From contig DATBRS010000247.1 in the NCBI GenBank assembly GCA_036560185.1, positions 6,049 through 70,048 on the forward strand: DNA of 64,000 nt, in the 5' to 3' direction. The position numbers and the translations under genes are program-made. Each line of letters begins with the position of its first letter. Position 1 is the first letter of the stretch. Positions 9,061-18,698 of the stretch are shown piece by piece. Source of the stretch: Myxococcota bacterium. GTDB lineage: Bacteria > Myxococcota_A > UBA9160 > UBA6930. Below the pieces are notes generated by a model that did no database searches, had not been told where the DNA came from, and saw only the letters and a program-made list of their open reading frames with translations.

Positions 9061-12000
9061 CGGTCGCCTCCGTGGGAAGGAACTCCTCCAGGTCCGGGAG
9101 GAGCTCGTCCGCTGCGTTGGCAGGCGGCGCTGGCTCACCGCCCTCTCCGGGCGAGGGCACGACGCCGGCCTCCGCGGGCTTCGCGGGCACCGCGGCCTGC
9201 GCGACGCCGTCCGCCGGCGCGTCCGCTGCAGGCGAGCGATACGCGTAACTGTCCATCGACGCGAGGAAGCCGCTGCTGTGCTCGCTCCTCGCGTAGCGCC
9301 CGGGCACGAGCGCCGCGAGCTGCGCGAGACTCTTCTCGATCCACGCGTTCCACACGCCCACGCGAATCAGCTCGACGTTCTTCTCGTGCACACCGATCGC
9401 CTTCTCCTCGAACGCGAACGCCTCCTGCTCGATGCCCGCTTGGTACTCGCTGCGCTCGCTCGCGCTCAGGTCGGCGGGACGCTCGGAGGTGGTCAGGGCG
9501 CGCGCGAACTCGGCGTAGGCCTCGGCCGTGTGGAACGTGGCCGCCGCCGTGACGTCGGCCACCTCGTAGTCGACGAGCGCGGCAAGGGCGGAGAGCGCCG
9601 AGTTCAGCCGCCGCTGCTTCTCGGCGAGGCTCTGCTCGAGCGGCTGTACCAGCTGCACCTCAGCGAACGCGCGCAGGAGATCCTCGGCGAGCACGAGGGC
9701 CGAGCGCCCAGCGAGCGTGCGCACGCGCGTCGTGCGCGCCGCGCCGCTCGCGGCTGCGTCGAGTGCGACGATGGCCCGCAGCTGCTCGCGGCGCGCGCTC
9801 GAGTCGCCCGCCGTTTCGTACAAGGCTGCGACCTTCTCGCGCGTCTCCACGGCGGCTTCGACCGGATCCGGGAACTCTCCCGCATACGCGAGATACGCCG
9901 CGATCGCGCGCTCGGGCTGCTTCGCGCTCTCATACAGCTCGCCCACGAGAAGCAGCGCCTCGGCGCGCAGCCCGGGCGCCTCGGCCTCGGCCGCGACGCG
10001 CTCGTACTCCGCTGCCGCGCGCGGCAGGTCGCCCTGCTCTCGACGAACGCGCGCGAGCTGTTTCGTCGCTTCGTGCGCGAGTGCGTGCGTGGCATGCGCC
10101 TCGCGGAAGCTCTCGAGCACCGCGGCCGCGCCGGCCCAGTCCTTCAACGTGATGAGCGCGGCAGCCGCGTCGTACTCCGCGGCGGGCCGGATCGAGGAGC
10201 TCGGCACGGCGCCGGCGACCCGCAGGAAGTGACCTGCGGCGGCGCGCGCATCGCCCGCGGCGTTCGCCTGCTCACCCTGCTTGTAGATGGCGGCGGCGAG
10301 ATTGTCAGCGAAGCCCGAGCGCGACGCGTCCTCCGCGGGTGTTAGGGAGAGGACCTGGCCATATGCCTGCTCGGCCTGCACGTAGTCCGCGAGCTCGAGC
10401 GAGGCGTGAGCCACTGCGATCCAGGCCGAACGGCGAATCGGCGCTTCCGCGGTCGGATAGCCGTCGATCAGCCGGCGGCCGTTCGCGATCGCGGGCGCGA
10501 GCTCCTTCATCGCGTACAGGTCGTCGACGGCCGCGCCGAGCACAGCTGCCGCCTGCTCGTGCTGCGGGAACGCGTCCACGAAGCGCAGCGTGCTCCGGAC
10601 CGCTTCGCGCCGTGCCGCTTCCTGCTCGGGCCCGGTCGCGAGCTTCTGGCTCTCGCGATAGGCGTAGATGGCCGCGTAGCCTGCCGCCGCGGACCGCTCG
10701 TGCGCCGGGTACTGGTAGGCGATCTGCTCGTACGCGAGAGCCGCCTCGCCGAAATCTCGGTGCTCGAGCAACAGATCCGCCAGCCGATGATGGATCGCCG
10801 GCGACTCCGGCTCTCTCGGGAACGACGCGAGGTAGGCGCGATACCAGCGCGCCGCCTCGGCGAAGTTCGCGGGCTTCTCCGCCGCGAGGCCCTCCGTCTG
10901 GAAGAGCGCGTGATGGTGGCTCGCCAGGTCCGCGAGGTTGCGTTTCAGATACGCGACCACTTCGGGCGCGGCAGCGAGATCGAAATGGCGCCAGTACGGG
11001 GAGTCGAGTCCGTACGTCGCCGCGAACTCCTTCTTCGCCTCGAGCACGAGCTTCGGGAAGCCGCCGGCCTCGAAGATCTCGATCACGCGCGTGCTGAAGC
11101 GAGGCGACGACGCGTGCAGCGGGTGCAACGCGATGAACGCCCGGTACGACTTGGCGGCATCGTCGTAGCGGAGCTTCTCGAGGTAGAACTCACCGAGCTG
11201 CGCGTAGATGCGATCCTCGTAGCTGCGCTCGCCCTTCGCCGCGAAATACGCGGAGACCGAGTCGGGACCGCCGAGGTTCGAGAAGGCGAGGCTGATCACG
11301 CGGAACGTGTCCGCGACGCGGCGCTCCGAGTCCTCGTCGTGCGACTGATCGAAGTCGTATCCCGACCCGACTTTGTGATCGAGCAGGCGGACGTACTCGT
11401 CGAGCGCCTCGTCGAGCAGGTCCTGCTTGTAGAACGTCCAGCCGAGCTTGTAGAGCGCAGGCTCGTAGTACTCGGAGCCCGCGGATTTGCGCGTGATCGC
11501 CGCGTAGGCGTTCTCCGCGTCGCGCCAGCGCCGGCGCGTGAAGAAGTACTCGGCGCGCCGGAACTGCACCTCGTCCACGTGGCGCGATGCCGGATACTTC
11601 GCGACGAGCTCCTCGACGACGCCAATCGCCTCGTCGACCCGGCCCAGCTCATCGAGGGCACGCGCCTTCTGGTAGAGCACCTGATCGTTGTGCCGGTAGC
11701 TCGGATACTCGGCGAGGATGCGGTCGTAGAGCGCGACCGCTTCGAGTGGATCCATTGCCGGCGCGGCGCCTGCCGGCAGCTCGAGGGTGGCGTCGCCGCG
11801 GCGCGTGGCGATCGCCTGCTCCCCTGCGACGCGCTGCTCGAACAACTCGTCGGACTCACCCGCACGCGAGCTCGGCCCCGTCCCTGCCTCCACGCGCGCA
11901 TCGGCCAGGACCGTCGCCGCGGGCGCGGGCGCGGGCAGCGCCGGCCGCGCGGCGTCACCGAGCGGGCCGTACTCCTTCTCGAGCTCCAGGTCCGCGAGGC

Positions 12001-12214
12001 GCCGCATCGCTTCGGGCGTGAGCTCGGAGACCGGAGCCTCGTCGAGAAACTGCCGGTAGCCCTGCATCGCCTGGCCCAAGCTGTCGTTCGGCTCCACCTG
12101 CGAGAGATCCGGCTCCATGTGGTGCAGCGCGCCGAGCGTGTGCTGCGTCGGCTCGCTCGCGCACGCGGCGGCGAGCACGGAGGCGAAGAGCGCAGCGGCG
12201 GGAGGGCGACGCAC
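9044..12214 (-). CDS. Large TPR-repeat lipoprotein (1056 aa), GltD/AgmU-like in size and architecture
   Basis: Lipoprotein-type N-terminus [21 protein letters not shown]-like helical repeats run throughout (e.g. [56 protein letters not shown]). The start lies 2 nt after the upstream stop. Confidence 0.75.
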   Translation of the reverse strand: MRRPPAAALFASVLAAACASEPTQHTLGALHHMEPDLSQVEPNDSLGQAMQGYRQFLDEAPVSELTPEAMRRLADLELEKEYGPLGDAARPALPAPAPAATVLADARVEAGTGPSSRAGESDELFEQRVAGEQAIATRRGDATLELPAGAAPAMDPLEAVALYDRILAEYPSYRHNDQVLYQKARALDELGRVDEAIGVVEELVAKYPASRHVDEVQFRRAEYFFTRRRWRDAENAYAAITRKSAGSEYYEPALYKLGWTFYKQDLLDEALDEYVRLLDHKVGSGYDFDQSHDEDSERRVADTFRVISLAFSNLGGPDSVSAYFAAKGERSYEDRIYAQLGEFYLEKLRYDDAAKSYRAFIALHPLHASSPRFSTRVIEIFEAGGFPKLVLEAKKEFAATYGLDSPYWRHFDLAAAPEVVAYLKRNLADLASHHHALFQTEGLAAEKPANFAEAARWYRAYLASFPREPESPAIHHRLADLLLEHRDFGEAALAYEQIAYQYPAHERSAAAGYAAIYAYRESQKLATGPEQEAARREAVRSTLRFVDAFPQHEQAAAVLGAAVDDLYAMKELAPAIANGRRLIDGYPTAEAPIRRSAWIAVAHASLELADYVQAEQAYGQVLSLTPAEDASRSGFADNLAAAIYKQGEQANAAGDARAAAGHFLRVAGAVPSSSIRPAAEYDAAAALITLKDWAGAAAVLESFREAHATHALAHEATKQLARVRREQGDLPRAAAEYERVAAEAEAPGLRAEALLLVGELYESAKQPERAIAAYLAYAGEFPDPVEAAVETREKVAALYETAGDSSARREQLRAIVALDAAASGAARTTRVRTLAGRSALVLAEDLLRAFAEVQLVQPLEQSLAEKQRRLNSALSALAALVDYEVADVTAAATFHTAEAYAEFARALTTSERPADLSASERSEYQAGIEQEAFAFEEKAIGVHEKNVELIRVGVWNAWIEKSLAQLAALVPGRYARSEHSSGFLASMDSYAYRSPAADAPADGVAQAAVPAKPAEAGVVPSPGEGGEPAPPANAADELLPDLEEFLPTEATDAPTL

Positions 12215-12216
12215 TC

Positions 12217-14088
12217 TCAGTGCGCTTGCGCCTTGGCGGCGCGGTCGTAGCTGTCGGCGAACGCGAAGCGAGCCTGGCTGAGCGACGTCGCGATGCGCTC
12301 GCGCCGCGATTCGAGCTCGGCGATCGCGACGCGCTCCAGCACTTCACCCTGCCGAGTCATCAGGGAGCTGAGCCGTTCGAGCGCAGCGCTCGCGCGGCTG
12401 CGGAGTCCGGCGATCGTCTCGTCGTAGCCGACGTAGCTGTGCGTCGCGGCCTGGCGCGTCCGCACGAACGCCTCGTGCCGAGCCTGGAGGCGCGCGACAT
12501 CGCCCTCCAGCGCGGCGAGGTGCGCGTGGGCCTGCGTCAGCCGTTCCTGATAGTTCGTCTCGAGCGCGAAGCTCAGCAGGCCTCTCAGGCGGGCCACCCG
12601 CCGTCGCAGCGTTTCGTTCTGCGGGTCGCTCGCTTCGCCGAGGCGTTCCTCCGCGCTCTCGATCCACGCACCCAGCTCCTGCTCGTCCGTGGTCGCGAGA
12701 TGTTCTGGCCGCGGCGTGGTGAGCAGGTCGTTCAAGCGCTCGCGCAGCCGCTCGCGCTGCTCGAGTCGCAGCCGCATCCGCGCGTCCAGCCGACGGAACT
12801 CCGCATCGATCTCGGGCAGGAGTGGCGCGTAGTGCGCCCGGCGCAGCCGGATCGCGTCCTCGAAGGCGTCCAGACTGGCGAGCCAGCGCCCGAGCCGCCT
12901 TCGCATGTCCTCCAGGTCGAGGTAGTTCTGGAGCGCGGTCTGGAAGTCGTGCGACGCCATCAGCGTCGCGAGGTAGAAGGTCTCCGGCGCGTCAGGCAGG
13001 CTGCGCAAGCGGATCACCCACTCTTCGTCCTGGCGGATCTCCTCGCGCACGAGCGCCTCGAGGAACGCGCCCTTGCGCACGCTGGCGATCGAAGCGTCGA
13101 CGCGCTGGAGCTGCGTGCCGAGCGTCGCGACCGCGTCGCCGTAGAGAAGCGCCGCGCGGCCGTGGACGTCGAGGTGACTGTACGCGTACGGGAGTGCGAG
13201 CAGCGCCTCCTGGACCGCTGCGTCGGTCGCGTCGCGCTTCGCGAGCAGGCTCCAGGGTACGACGGCGCGCGCGAAGTTCTGCGCCGCTGCATCGGCCCAG
13301 CCAGCGCGCAAGAGCGCCTGATTCGAGAATGGCCCGTCGAGGCGCACGCGGTCCAGCGACTGCTGTGCGGGACCGAAATGCGACGCCTCGAACAGCAGCG
13401 TGCCGAGCACGAGATTCGACTTGTCGCGAATCGCACGCGCCGGCTCGTCGAGCGCCTCGACCTGGCCCGCTCGGTCGAGCTGCCGAAGCGCATCCTCGGT
13501 GCGTTCCTCCTGGAGCAGCGCGATACCGAGGTTGTAGGCGGAGAACGGCCCGAGCGTCTCGGAGCCTCGCAGCTGCTCGAGCAACGCGACCGCCTGCTCC
13601 GGCCGGCCGAGGGCGAGCTGCGCGTTCGCGCGCAGGAACTCGACGTCGTCGCGGATCGCTTCGGGCACCTCGCCGTGGATGCGCGCCAGAGCATCGAGCG
13701 CGTCCTGCGGCTGTCCCTTCTGGAAGTCGAGGCGCGCGAGCCGGAAGGCCGCGTCGTTGCGCACTGGATCCGGAACGTCGGCCTCGAGCACCGCCGTGAT
13801 GGCGCGTCCGGCGCGCTGATGCATGCGGTACCGCAGCTCGAAATCGCCGACGTCGAACTCGGCGGTCGCGATGAAGGGCGCGAGCGAGTCGAGCCCTGGC
13901 TCGTCCACGCGGAAGTGCTGCGCCACTTCGCTGTCGAGGCGCTCGAGTGCCTCGAACCAGTGCTCCTGGTAGGCGTGATAGAGCGCCTCGCCGAAATAGA
14001 GATCATGCGAGTCGCCGGCGCGCGCCGCGCCGGCGTAGAGGAGAGCCGCGGCTGCGAGCGCGGCGCGCGTCGCAAGCACGGTGGGCAC
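12217..14088 (-). CDS. Secreted TPR / coiled-coil protein (623 aa)
   Basis: Signal peptide MPTVLATRAALAAAALLYAGAARAGD. The N-terminal half is TPR-like and the C-terminal half is a long Arg/Glu/Leu-rich coiled coil. There is a 3-nt gap to the upstream gene. Confidence 0.7.
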   Translation of the reverse strand: MPTVLATRAALAAAALLYAGAARAGDSHDLYFGEALYHAYQEHWFEALERLDSEVAQHFRVDEPGLDSLAPFIATAEFDVGDFELRYRMHQRAGRAITAVLEADVPDPVRNDAAFRLARLDFQKGQPQDALDALARIHGEVPEAIRDDVEFLRANAQLALGRPEQAVALLEQLRGSETLGPFSAYNLGIALLQEERTEDALRQLDRAGQVEALDEPARAIRDKSNLVLGTLLFEASHFGPAQQSLDRVRLDGPFSNQALLRAGWADAAAQNFARAVVPWSLLAKRDATDAAVQEALLALPYAYSHLDVHGRAALLYGDAVATLGTQLQRVDASIASVRKGAFLEALVREEIRQDEEWVIRLRSLPDAPETFYLATLMASHDFQTALQNYLDLEDMRRRLGRWLASLDAFEDAIRLRRAHYAPLLPEIDAEFRRLDARMRLRLEQRERLRERLNDLLTTPRPEHLATTDEQELGAWIESAEERLGEASDPQNETLRRRVARLRGLLSFALETNYQERLTQAHAHLAALEGDVARLQARHEAFVRTRQAATHSYVGYDETIAGLRSRASAALERLSSLMTRQGEVLERVAIAELESRRERIATSLSQARFAFADSYDRAAKAQAH

Positions 14089-14091
14089 GAC

Positions 14092-14643
14092 TCAGCCGCC
14101 TCCGAGCTGAATGCTGGCTTCGCCCGAAGCGCCGCCGAGCGAGACCTCGAGCAACTTGGGCGGCGCGCCCTTGCTGAAGCCGAAGCTTTGGCTGCCGGAG
14201 AAGTCCGCGCCGCTCGCCGTCACCCCAGCGAAGGAGACTTCGATCTGGTGCTCGCCCGTCGCCACGTTGCCCGTGTAGATGCGCTGCACGCCGCCCTTCT
14301 GAAGAGCCTCCAGCTCCTTGAAGCTGTAGACGTGCCGCGCGACCGGCTCGCCGTCGATCTGGATCTGCACCGAATCGAGCCGGAAGGGCTCGCGCGATGC
14401 GAGCGAGACGAACACGGCGACCTGTGTGTTCGACGGATAGAGCAGGCGCTCCTCGAGCCGGTCGAGCTCCGTCGCGATCGACAGAACCTCGGACTTCACC
14501 TCCTGCACCTGCTCGTCGAGGCCGCGCATCTCGCGTTTGGCGTCGTCGCCTGCGAGAACCGCGGGCGCGGCGAAGAGACTGACTAGGGTGGCGAGCGCGG
14601 CGCCCGTGCGGGCGCGGCGGCTCGCGCCGACGATTGCGGCCAC
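14092..14643 (-). CDS. Secreted protein of unknown function (183 aa), first gene of the operon
   Basis: GTG at 14641-14643 is preceded by a GGAGGG SD 7 nt upstream. It gives the signal peptide VAAIVGASRRARTGAALATLVSLFAAPAVLAGDD, then a short coiled coil and a beta-rich domain (FRLDSVQIQIDGEPVARHVYSFKELEALQKGGVQRIYTGNVATGEHQIEVSF). The N-terminal 82 aa of the track ORF look non-coding. Confidence 0.6.
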   Translation of the reverse strand: MAAIVGASRRARTGAALATLVSLFAAPAVLAGDDAKREMRGLDEQVQEVKSEVLSIATELDRLEERLLYPSNTQVAVFVSLASREPFRLDSVQIQIDGEPVARHVYSFKELEALQKGGVQRIYTGNVATGEHQIEVSFAGVTASGADFSGSQSFGFSKGAPPKLLEVSLGGASGEASIQLGGG

Positions 14644-15209
14644 GGAGCAGCCCTCCGGAATCGGTGTCGAGACTGATCGGCAGTGGTGCCAGGGGCCGCG
14701 TGACCCAGCGCACGGCGCTATCGGGTACGCCCGGTGACGGTGCGCACGCGTGCCGATCTCGAGGGAAGTCGAGGCCCCGCGCGGCTCGCCCCGCCGCTCT
14801 CGATCCTGCGACGCGACTCCGAGCGGTCGCGTGATCCAAACGCAAGGCACACCCGCGACGCGCTTCTTGGCAGTGAGCGCGCCGTTCACGACGGTGCCGA
14901 ACTGGTCGCAGTCAGGGCATTCGAGCTGCGCCGCGTCGAGCGCCCTAGTTCGCTCCCTCTACCGATGTCCAATCGCCTGCCTACGACTGGAATTCCTGAG
15001 GACCTCCGCGCGGTGATGCCCAAAGCTTCGCTGACGCCCTTGTTCAGTCCGCGAAGGCGACAACGCCAAGGTCGCGTTCTTCCGCCCGGTCGAGAGCGAG
15101 GCGGCGGCCCGATGGGCCCTAGCCCGGTCGTCGCGTCCATGATTGTTAGGCGGAGCTCGCTGGACGCCGACGATTCCCTTACGATTCCGCTAGGTTGGCG
15201 CGGGCTGCG

Positions 15210-15285
15210 TGGCGCCCCGGGTAGGACTCGAACCTACGACCACCTGCTTAGAAGGCAGGCGCTCTATCCCCTGAGCTACCGGGGC
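15210..15285 (-). tRNA. tRNA-Arg(TCT): tRNA-Arg (anticodon UCU)
   Basis: The reverse complement folds as a cloverleaf: GCCCCGG-TA-GCTC-AGGGGATA-GAGC-G-CCTGC-CTTCTAA-GCAGG-TGGTC-GTAGG-TTCGAGT-CCTAC-CCGGGGC-G-CCA. The acceptor stem is perfectly paired, the T-loop is TTCGAGT, and CCA is encoded. Confidence 0.95.
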
Positions 15286-15450
15286 GACGTGCCTATCTAT
15301 AGCTGGCGCGCCAAAGCCGAGGGGGCTCGCGCCGCGCGCGCGCTCGGCAGCCCCTTTCCGCCCTTGCGCCCGCCGCCTCTGCTGCCACCGCGCTGCCACC
15401 GCGTCGGTCGCGCCGCGCGGGGCTCGGGGCTAGCTTGCTTCGCCTTCCGC

Positions 15451-15528
15451 GGTGGGTGTAGCTCAGCTGGTTAGAGCGCCAGATTGTGACTCTGGAGGTC
15501 GCGGGTTCGATCCCCGTCACTCACCCCA
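15451..15528 (+). tRNA. tRNA-His(GTG): tRNA-His (anticodon GUG) with encoded G-1
   Basis: G(-1)-GTGGGTG-TA-GCTC-AGCTGGTTA-GAGC-G-CCAGA-TTGTGAC-TCTGG-AGGTC-GCGGG-TTCGATC-CCCGT-CACTCAC-C-CCA. The extra 5' G is typical of tRNA-His. Confidence 0.95.
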
Positions 15529-15574
15529 CGGTTTTCTCGCGCTTGCGCGCGCCCCCAACAACCAGGAGTTCCCA

Positions 15575-15943
15575 ATGATCGGTTACGTCACGCTCGGCAC
15601 GAACGATCTCGCTCGCGCGTCGAAGTTCTACGACGATCTGCTCGGTCTCGTGGGCGCAAAGCGCCTGATGGACTTCGGCACCTTCGTCATGTGGGGCACG
15701 TCGATGGACGCCGCGGGCCTCGCGATCACGCAGCCGTACGACAAGAACAAGGCGACCATCGGAAACGGCGTGATGGCCGCGATCCGCGTCGACAGCAAGG
15801 CGACGGTGGACGCGATCTACAAGAAGGCGCTCGAGCTCGGCGGCAAGGACGAGGGCCCGGCCGGTCCGCGCGGCGACGGCTTCTACGCCGGCTACTTCCG
15901 CGATCTCGACGGCAACAAGCTGAACGCATTCTTCATGGGCTGA
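15575..15943 (+). CDS. VOC (glyoxalase/bleomycin-resistance/dioxygenase) family protein
   Basis: ATG at 15575 with an AGGAG SD. The sequence MIGYVTLGTNDLARASKFYDDLLG...GFYAGYFRDLDGNKLNAFFM is a typical VOC-fold pattern. The upstream part of the track ORF overlaps tRNA-His. Confidence 0.8.
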   Translation: MIGYVTLGTNDLARASKFYDDLLGLVGAKRLMDFGTFVMWGTSMDAAGLAITQPYDKNKATIGNGVMAAIRVDSKATVDAIYKKALELGGKDEGPAGPRGDGFYAGYFRDLDGNKLNAFFMG

Positions 15944-15982
15944 GGCCCGCGCGGCGCGCCGCGTCGCGAAGCTCCGAGGCCG

Positions 15983-16579
15983 TCACTCGCTGCTGCGGGT
16001 GGCGGCCTCTTTCTTTTCCAACACTGCGCGGCCGCGCGGCGAGATGCGGTAGCCGACCTCGAGGCTCTGCGTGAGCCCGAGCTCCTTCAGCTTTCGCACG
16101 CGCAGCTTGAAATCGGGGCGCGGCATGCCGACACGCGCCGCGAGCACGCTCGATACGACGCCCGGCTGCTCCGCGATCGCGCGCAGCACGCGCGCCGTCC
16201 ACGCGCCGACGCGGCTCGCCGCGTCGAGGCGCGCGAGCCGCGTCGCGATCGCATCGTGCTCGGGGCGCGCGAGCTTCGCCTGCGCGCGCAGCGCGGCGCG
16301 CGGATCCGCGCCGCCCCAGCGCACGCGAACGCGATACAGCTCGCCTTCGCCGGCGTAGTGCGCGAGCTCGGCGCGCAGCTCCGCCAGCGATGCGTGCCCC
16401 GCCGCGCGCGCGTCGCGCTGGGTGATGCGGCCGGCTCGAGCCACCGCGACGATCTCGACGACGCCGCGCGCGTCGCGGCTGCGACTGCCCGGCCTCGCGC
16501 GCGGCGCTCTCCAGCGGCGAAACAGCAGCGTGATGCGGCCGGCGCGGATGGCGTCGAGGGTCTCGCCTCTCAGCAGCAC
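15983..16579 (-). CDS. Hypothetical protein, ASCH-like N-terminal domain plus winged-helix-like C-terminus
   Basis: 198-aa ORF. The N-terminus (LRGETLDAIRAGRITLLFRRW...) looks ASCH-like. The C-terminus (VLAARVGMPRPDFKLRVRKLKELGLTQSLEVGYRISPRG) looks like a wHTH. The assignment is tentative. Confidence 0.45.
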   Translation of the reverse strand: MLLRGETLDAIRAGRITLLFRRWRAPRARPGSRSRDARGVVEIVAVARAGRITQRDARAAGHASLAELRAELAHYAGEGELYRVRVRWGGADPRAALRAQAKLARPEHDAIATRLARLDAASRVGAWTARVLRAIAEQPGVVSSVLAARVGMPRPDFKLRVRKLKELGLTQSLEVGYRISPRGRAVLEKKEAATRSSE

Positions 16580-16607
16580 GCGCGCACGCAGCAGCCCCGC
16601 AGCGCCA

Positions 16608-18626
16608 TCACGGCGTCACGATCGGGAAGTTTCCGTCCGCCGGATCCATCAGGCCGAAAAACGAGAGCAGCTCGGTGCGGCTGCCGTCCACGTCGAGCGC
16701 GTCCGAGAGGATCAGCTCCTTCAGGCCCGCTTGGCCCGTCACGAGGCGCAGGAACAACTCGCGCGTGAGCTTCACGCTGGCGGCGGCGCTCGGGTCGGCG
16801 GCGCGCTGCCAATGATGGAGCACGCCGTTCTCGACGTTCAGCACGTGCGTCTCGCCGACGTCGGTGAACACGAAGTTCAGCGTCAGCGGATCGCGTTCGG
16901 CCGCTTTCGGACCGTTCATGCGCGTCGCCATCGCGGTGAAGAACAGATCGAGCGGGATGCGGCCGAGGATCGCGGCGGCGGAGCTCGCGGCGATCGGCTG
17001 CGGCGTGATGCCGTGTCGCAGCTCGTTGGCGCCGCTCAGGTAGACGGAGCGCCACACGCCGCTCTCGGCCTGATAACCGAGCTGGTCGTAGGCGCTGGCG
17101 AGCAGCTCTCTCGCCTCGGCGTCGTCCTCGCTCGCGAACACGAGGTGGTCGAGCAGTGTCGCGGCCCAGCGGTAGTCGCCCTCGGCGATCGCGGTGCGCG
17201 CCTTCTGCTTCAGCGCGGTCGCGCCGCCGATGGCGTCGACGTACTTCTTGCCGAGCGCCTGCGGCGGCAACGGGTCGAGGTTCGCCGGGTTTCCGTCGTA
17301 CCAACCGAAGTAGAACTGATAGACGGCCTTGGCGTTGTGGCGCAGCGTTCCGTAATAGCCGCGGTTCGCGAAGTTCCGCGCGAGCTGCGGCGGAAGCGCG
17401 AGCTGCTCGGCGATCTCGCGCGGCGTCGCGCCCTGGTTCGCGAGCCGCAGCGTCTGATCGTGGATGAAGCGGTACGTGTCGCGCTGGCCCTTCAGGAACG
17501 CGACCGAGCGCTCGTTCCCGAACACGGGCCAGTTGTGGCTGGTGAACACGAGCTCGACGTCGGCGAAGCGCTGCACCGCGTCGTCGATGTAGCCGCTCCA
17601 CTTGAGCGCGTCGCGCACCTTCGTGCCGCGCAGCGTGTAGAGGTTGTGCATCGTGCGGTTCACGATCTCGGCGCCGCAATACGCGCGCGACGCGGGCAGG
17701 TAGAAGGCGAGCTCGGCGGGCGCCTCGGATTCGGGCGTGTACTGGAACACGAACTCGACGCCGTCGATCGTCATCGGCTGCGGCGTGCGATCCACCTCGT
17801 CGGTCGGCGTGGCGAAGCTGGAGGTGCCGGTGATCGGCTGCTTGCCGAGGCCGGAGTCGACGTAGCCGCGCTCGCCGTACGGCAGCCCGATGCCGAACTG
17901 ATAGGTGGCGCGCCGGCCCATCGCGGTGCCGGCGAGCACGTTCTCGCTGGTCACCTCCTCGACGAAGCGGCGCGGCGCGATCACGCGCACGCCGTCGGCG
18001 CCGCTCGCCGGCAGCACGCTCGCGACGCCCGCGAAGTGGTCGACGTGGCTGTGCGTGAAGATCACGGCGACGACCGGATCGTCGCCCAGATGCTTGCGCG
18101 CGAGCGCCACGGCCGCCGCGGCGGACTCCACGCTCGTCAGCGGGTCCACCACGATCCAGCCCGTCTTGCCGCGGATCCACGACATGTTCGAGACGTCGTA
18201 GCCGCGCACCTGATAAATCCCGTCGGTCACTTGGAAGAGCCCGTTCGAGCCGTTCAGCCGCGCCTGCCGCCACAGGCTCGGGTTCACGCTCGCCGGCGCG
18301 TCGCCCGCGACGAACGCGTACTGCTGCTGATTGCGCGTGCGCCCCGTCGCGGATTCGATCGCCAGCGCGGGATCGCTCTCGATCAGGCCGCGCTTCGCTT
18401 CCTCGAAATCGACGGCGTCGTCGAGCGCGAGGCCCGCGACGGAGTCGGCGTTCGCTCGCCGGGTCGGCCCGCTCGGCTGGGTGAAGCCGAGCGCGTCGGG
18501 CTCGCTCGAGGCTTCCCCAGCCTGGGGCGCGCTCGAGTTGTCAGGCGCGGCCGCAGGCTCCCCGCAGCTCAGCGCCGTGAACGCGCTGACGGTGCACATG
18601 ACCCGCAGAATCGTTCGCTCGCGCAT
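16608..18626 (-). CDS. Alkyl/aryl-sulfatase, metallo-beta-lactamase fold (SdsA1-type), lipoprotein
   Basis: ATG at 18626 with an AGGAGG SD. Lipobox MRERTILRVMCTVSAFTALSC. MBL motif FTHSHVDHFAG. The dimerisation and SCP2-like C-terminal regions (ANLDPLPP...YRWAATLLDHLVF...LTLNFVFTD) are typical of the SdsA1 family. Confidence 0.8.
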   Translation of the reverse strand: MRERTILRVMCTVSAFTALSCGEPAAAPDNSSAPQAGEASSEPDALGFTQPSGPTRRANADSVAGLALDDAVDFEEAKRGLIESDPALAIESATGRTRNQQQYAFVAGDAPASVNPSLWRQARLNGSNGLFQVTDGIYQVRGYDVSNMSWIRGKTGWIVVDPLTSVESAAAAVALARKHLGDDPVVAVIFTHSHVDHFAGVASVLPASGADGVRVIAPRRFVEEVTSENVLAGTAMGRRATYQFGIGLPYGERGYVDSGLGKQPITGTSSFATPTDEVDRTPQPMTIDGVEFVFQYTPESEAPAELAFYLPASRAYCGAEIVNRTMHNLYTLRGTKVRDALKWSGYIDDAVQRFADVELVFTSHNWPVFGNERSVAFLKGQRDTYRFIHDQTLRLANQGATPREIAEQLALPPQLARNFANRGYYGTLRHNAKAVYQFYFGWYDGNPANLDPLPPQALGKKYVDAIGGATALKQKARTAIAEGDYRWAATLLDHLVFASEDDAEARELLASAYDQLGYQAESGVWRSVYLSGANELRHGITPQPIAASSAAAILGRIPLDLFFTAMATRMNGPKAAERDPLTLNFVFTDVGETHVLNVENGVLHHWQRAADPSAAASVKLTRELFLRLVTGQAGLKELILSDALDVDGSRTELLSFFGLMDPADGNFPIVTP

Positions 18627-18698
18627 GCGGCCTCCTGCGTTTCCCGCCGGCATCCTCGCACACGCGGCTATCGTGCCGCGCCGAATCGAGGAGCCCGC

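Noticed and set aside
14676-14696. TGGCAC motif (minus strand ...CTGGCACCACTGCCGA...) about 40 nt upstream of the operon start, as a sigma-54 promoter.
   Set aside because: The GG-to-GC spacing is 7 nt instead of the required 10, and the -12 element (TTGC) is absent.
14850-14945. Minus-strand stretch translating to ...LDAAQLECPDCDQFGTVVNGALTAKKRVAGVPC..., which looks like a zinc-ribbon fragment upstream of the first operon gene.
   Set aside because: It has no start codon with an SD, an in-frame TAG lies just upstream, and the downstream continuation (RERRGEPRGASTSLEIGTRAHRHR) looks non-coding. At most it is a decayed remnant.
14644-15528. tRNA-Arg/tRNA-His pair as the attachment site of a genomic island containing the motor operon.
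   Set aside because: There is no integrase, no recognisable direct repeat of either tRNA 3' end that I could spot, and no mobility genes. The composition of the flanking genes is not visibly different from the rest of the window.
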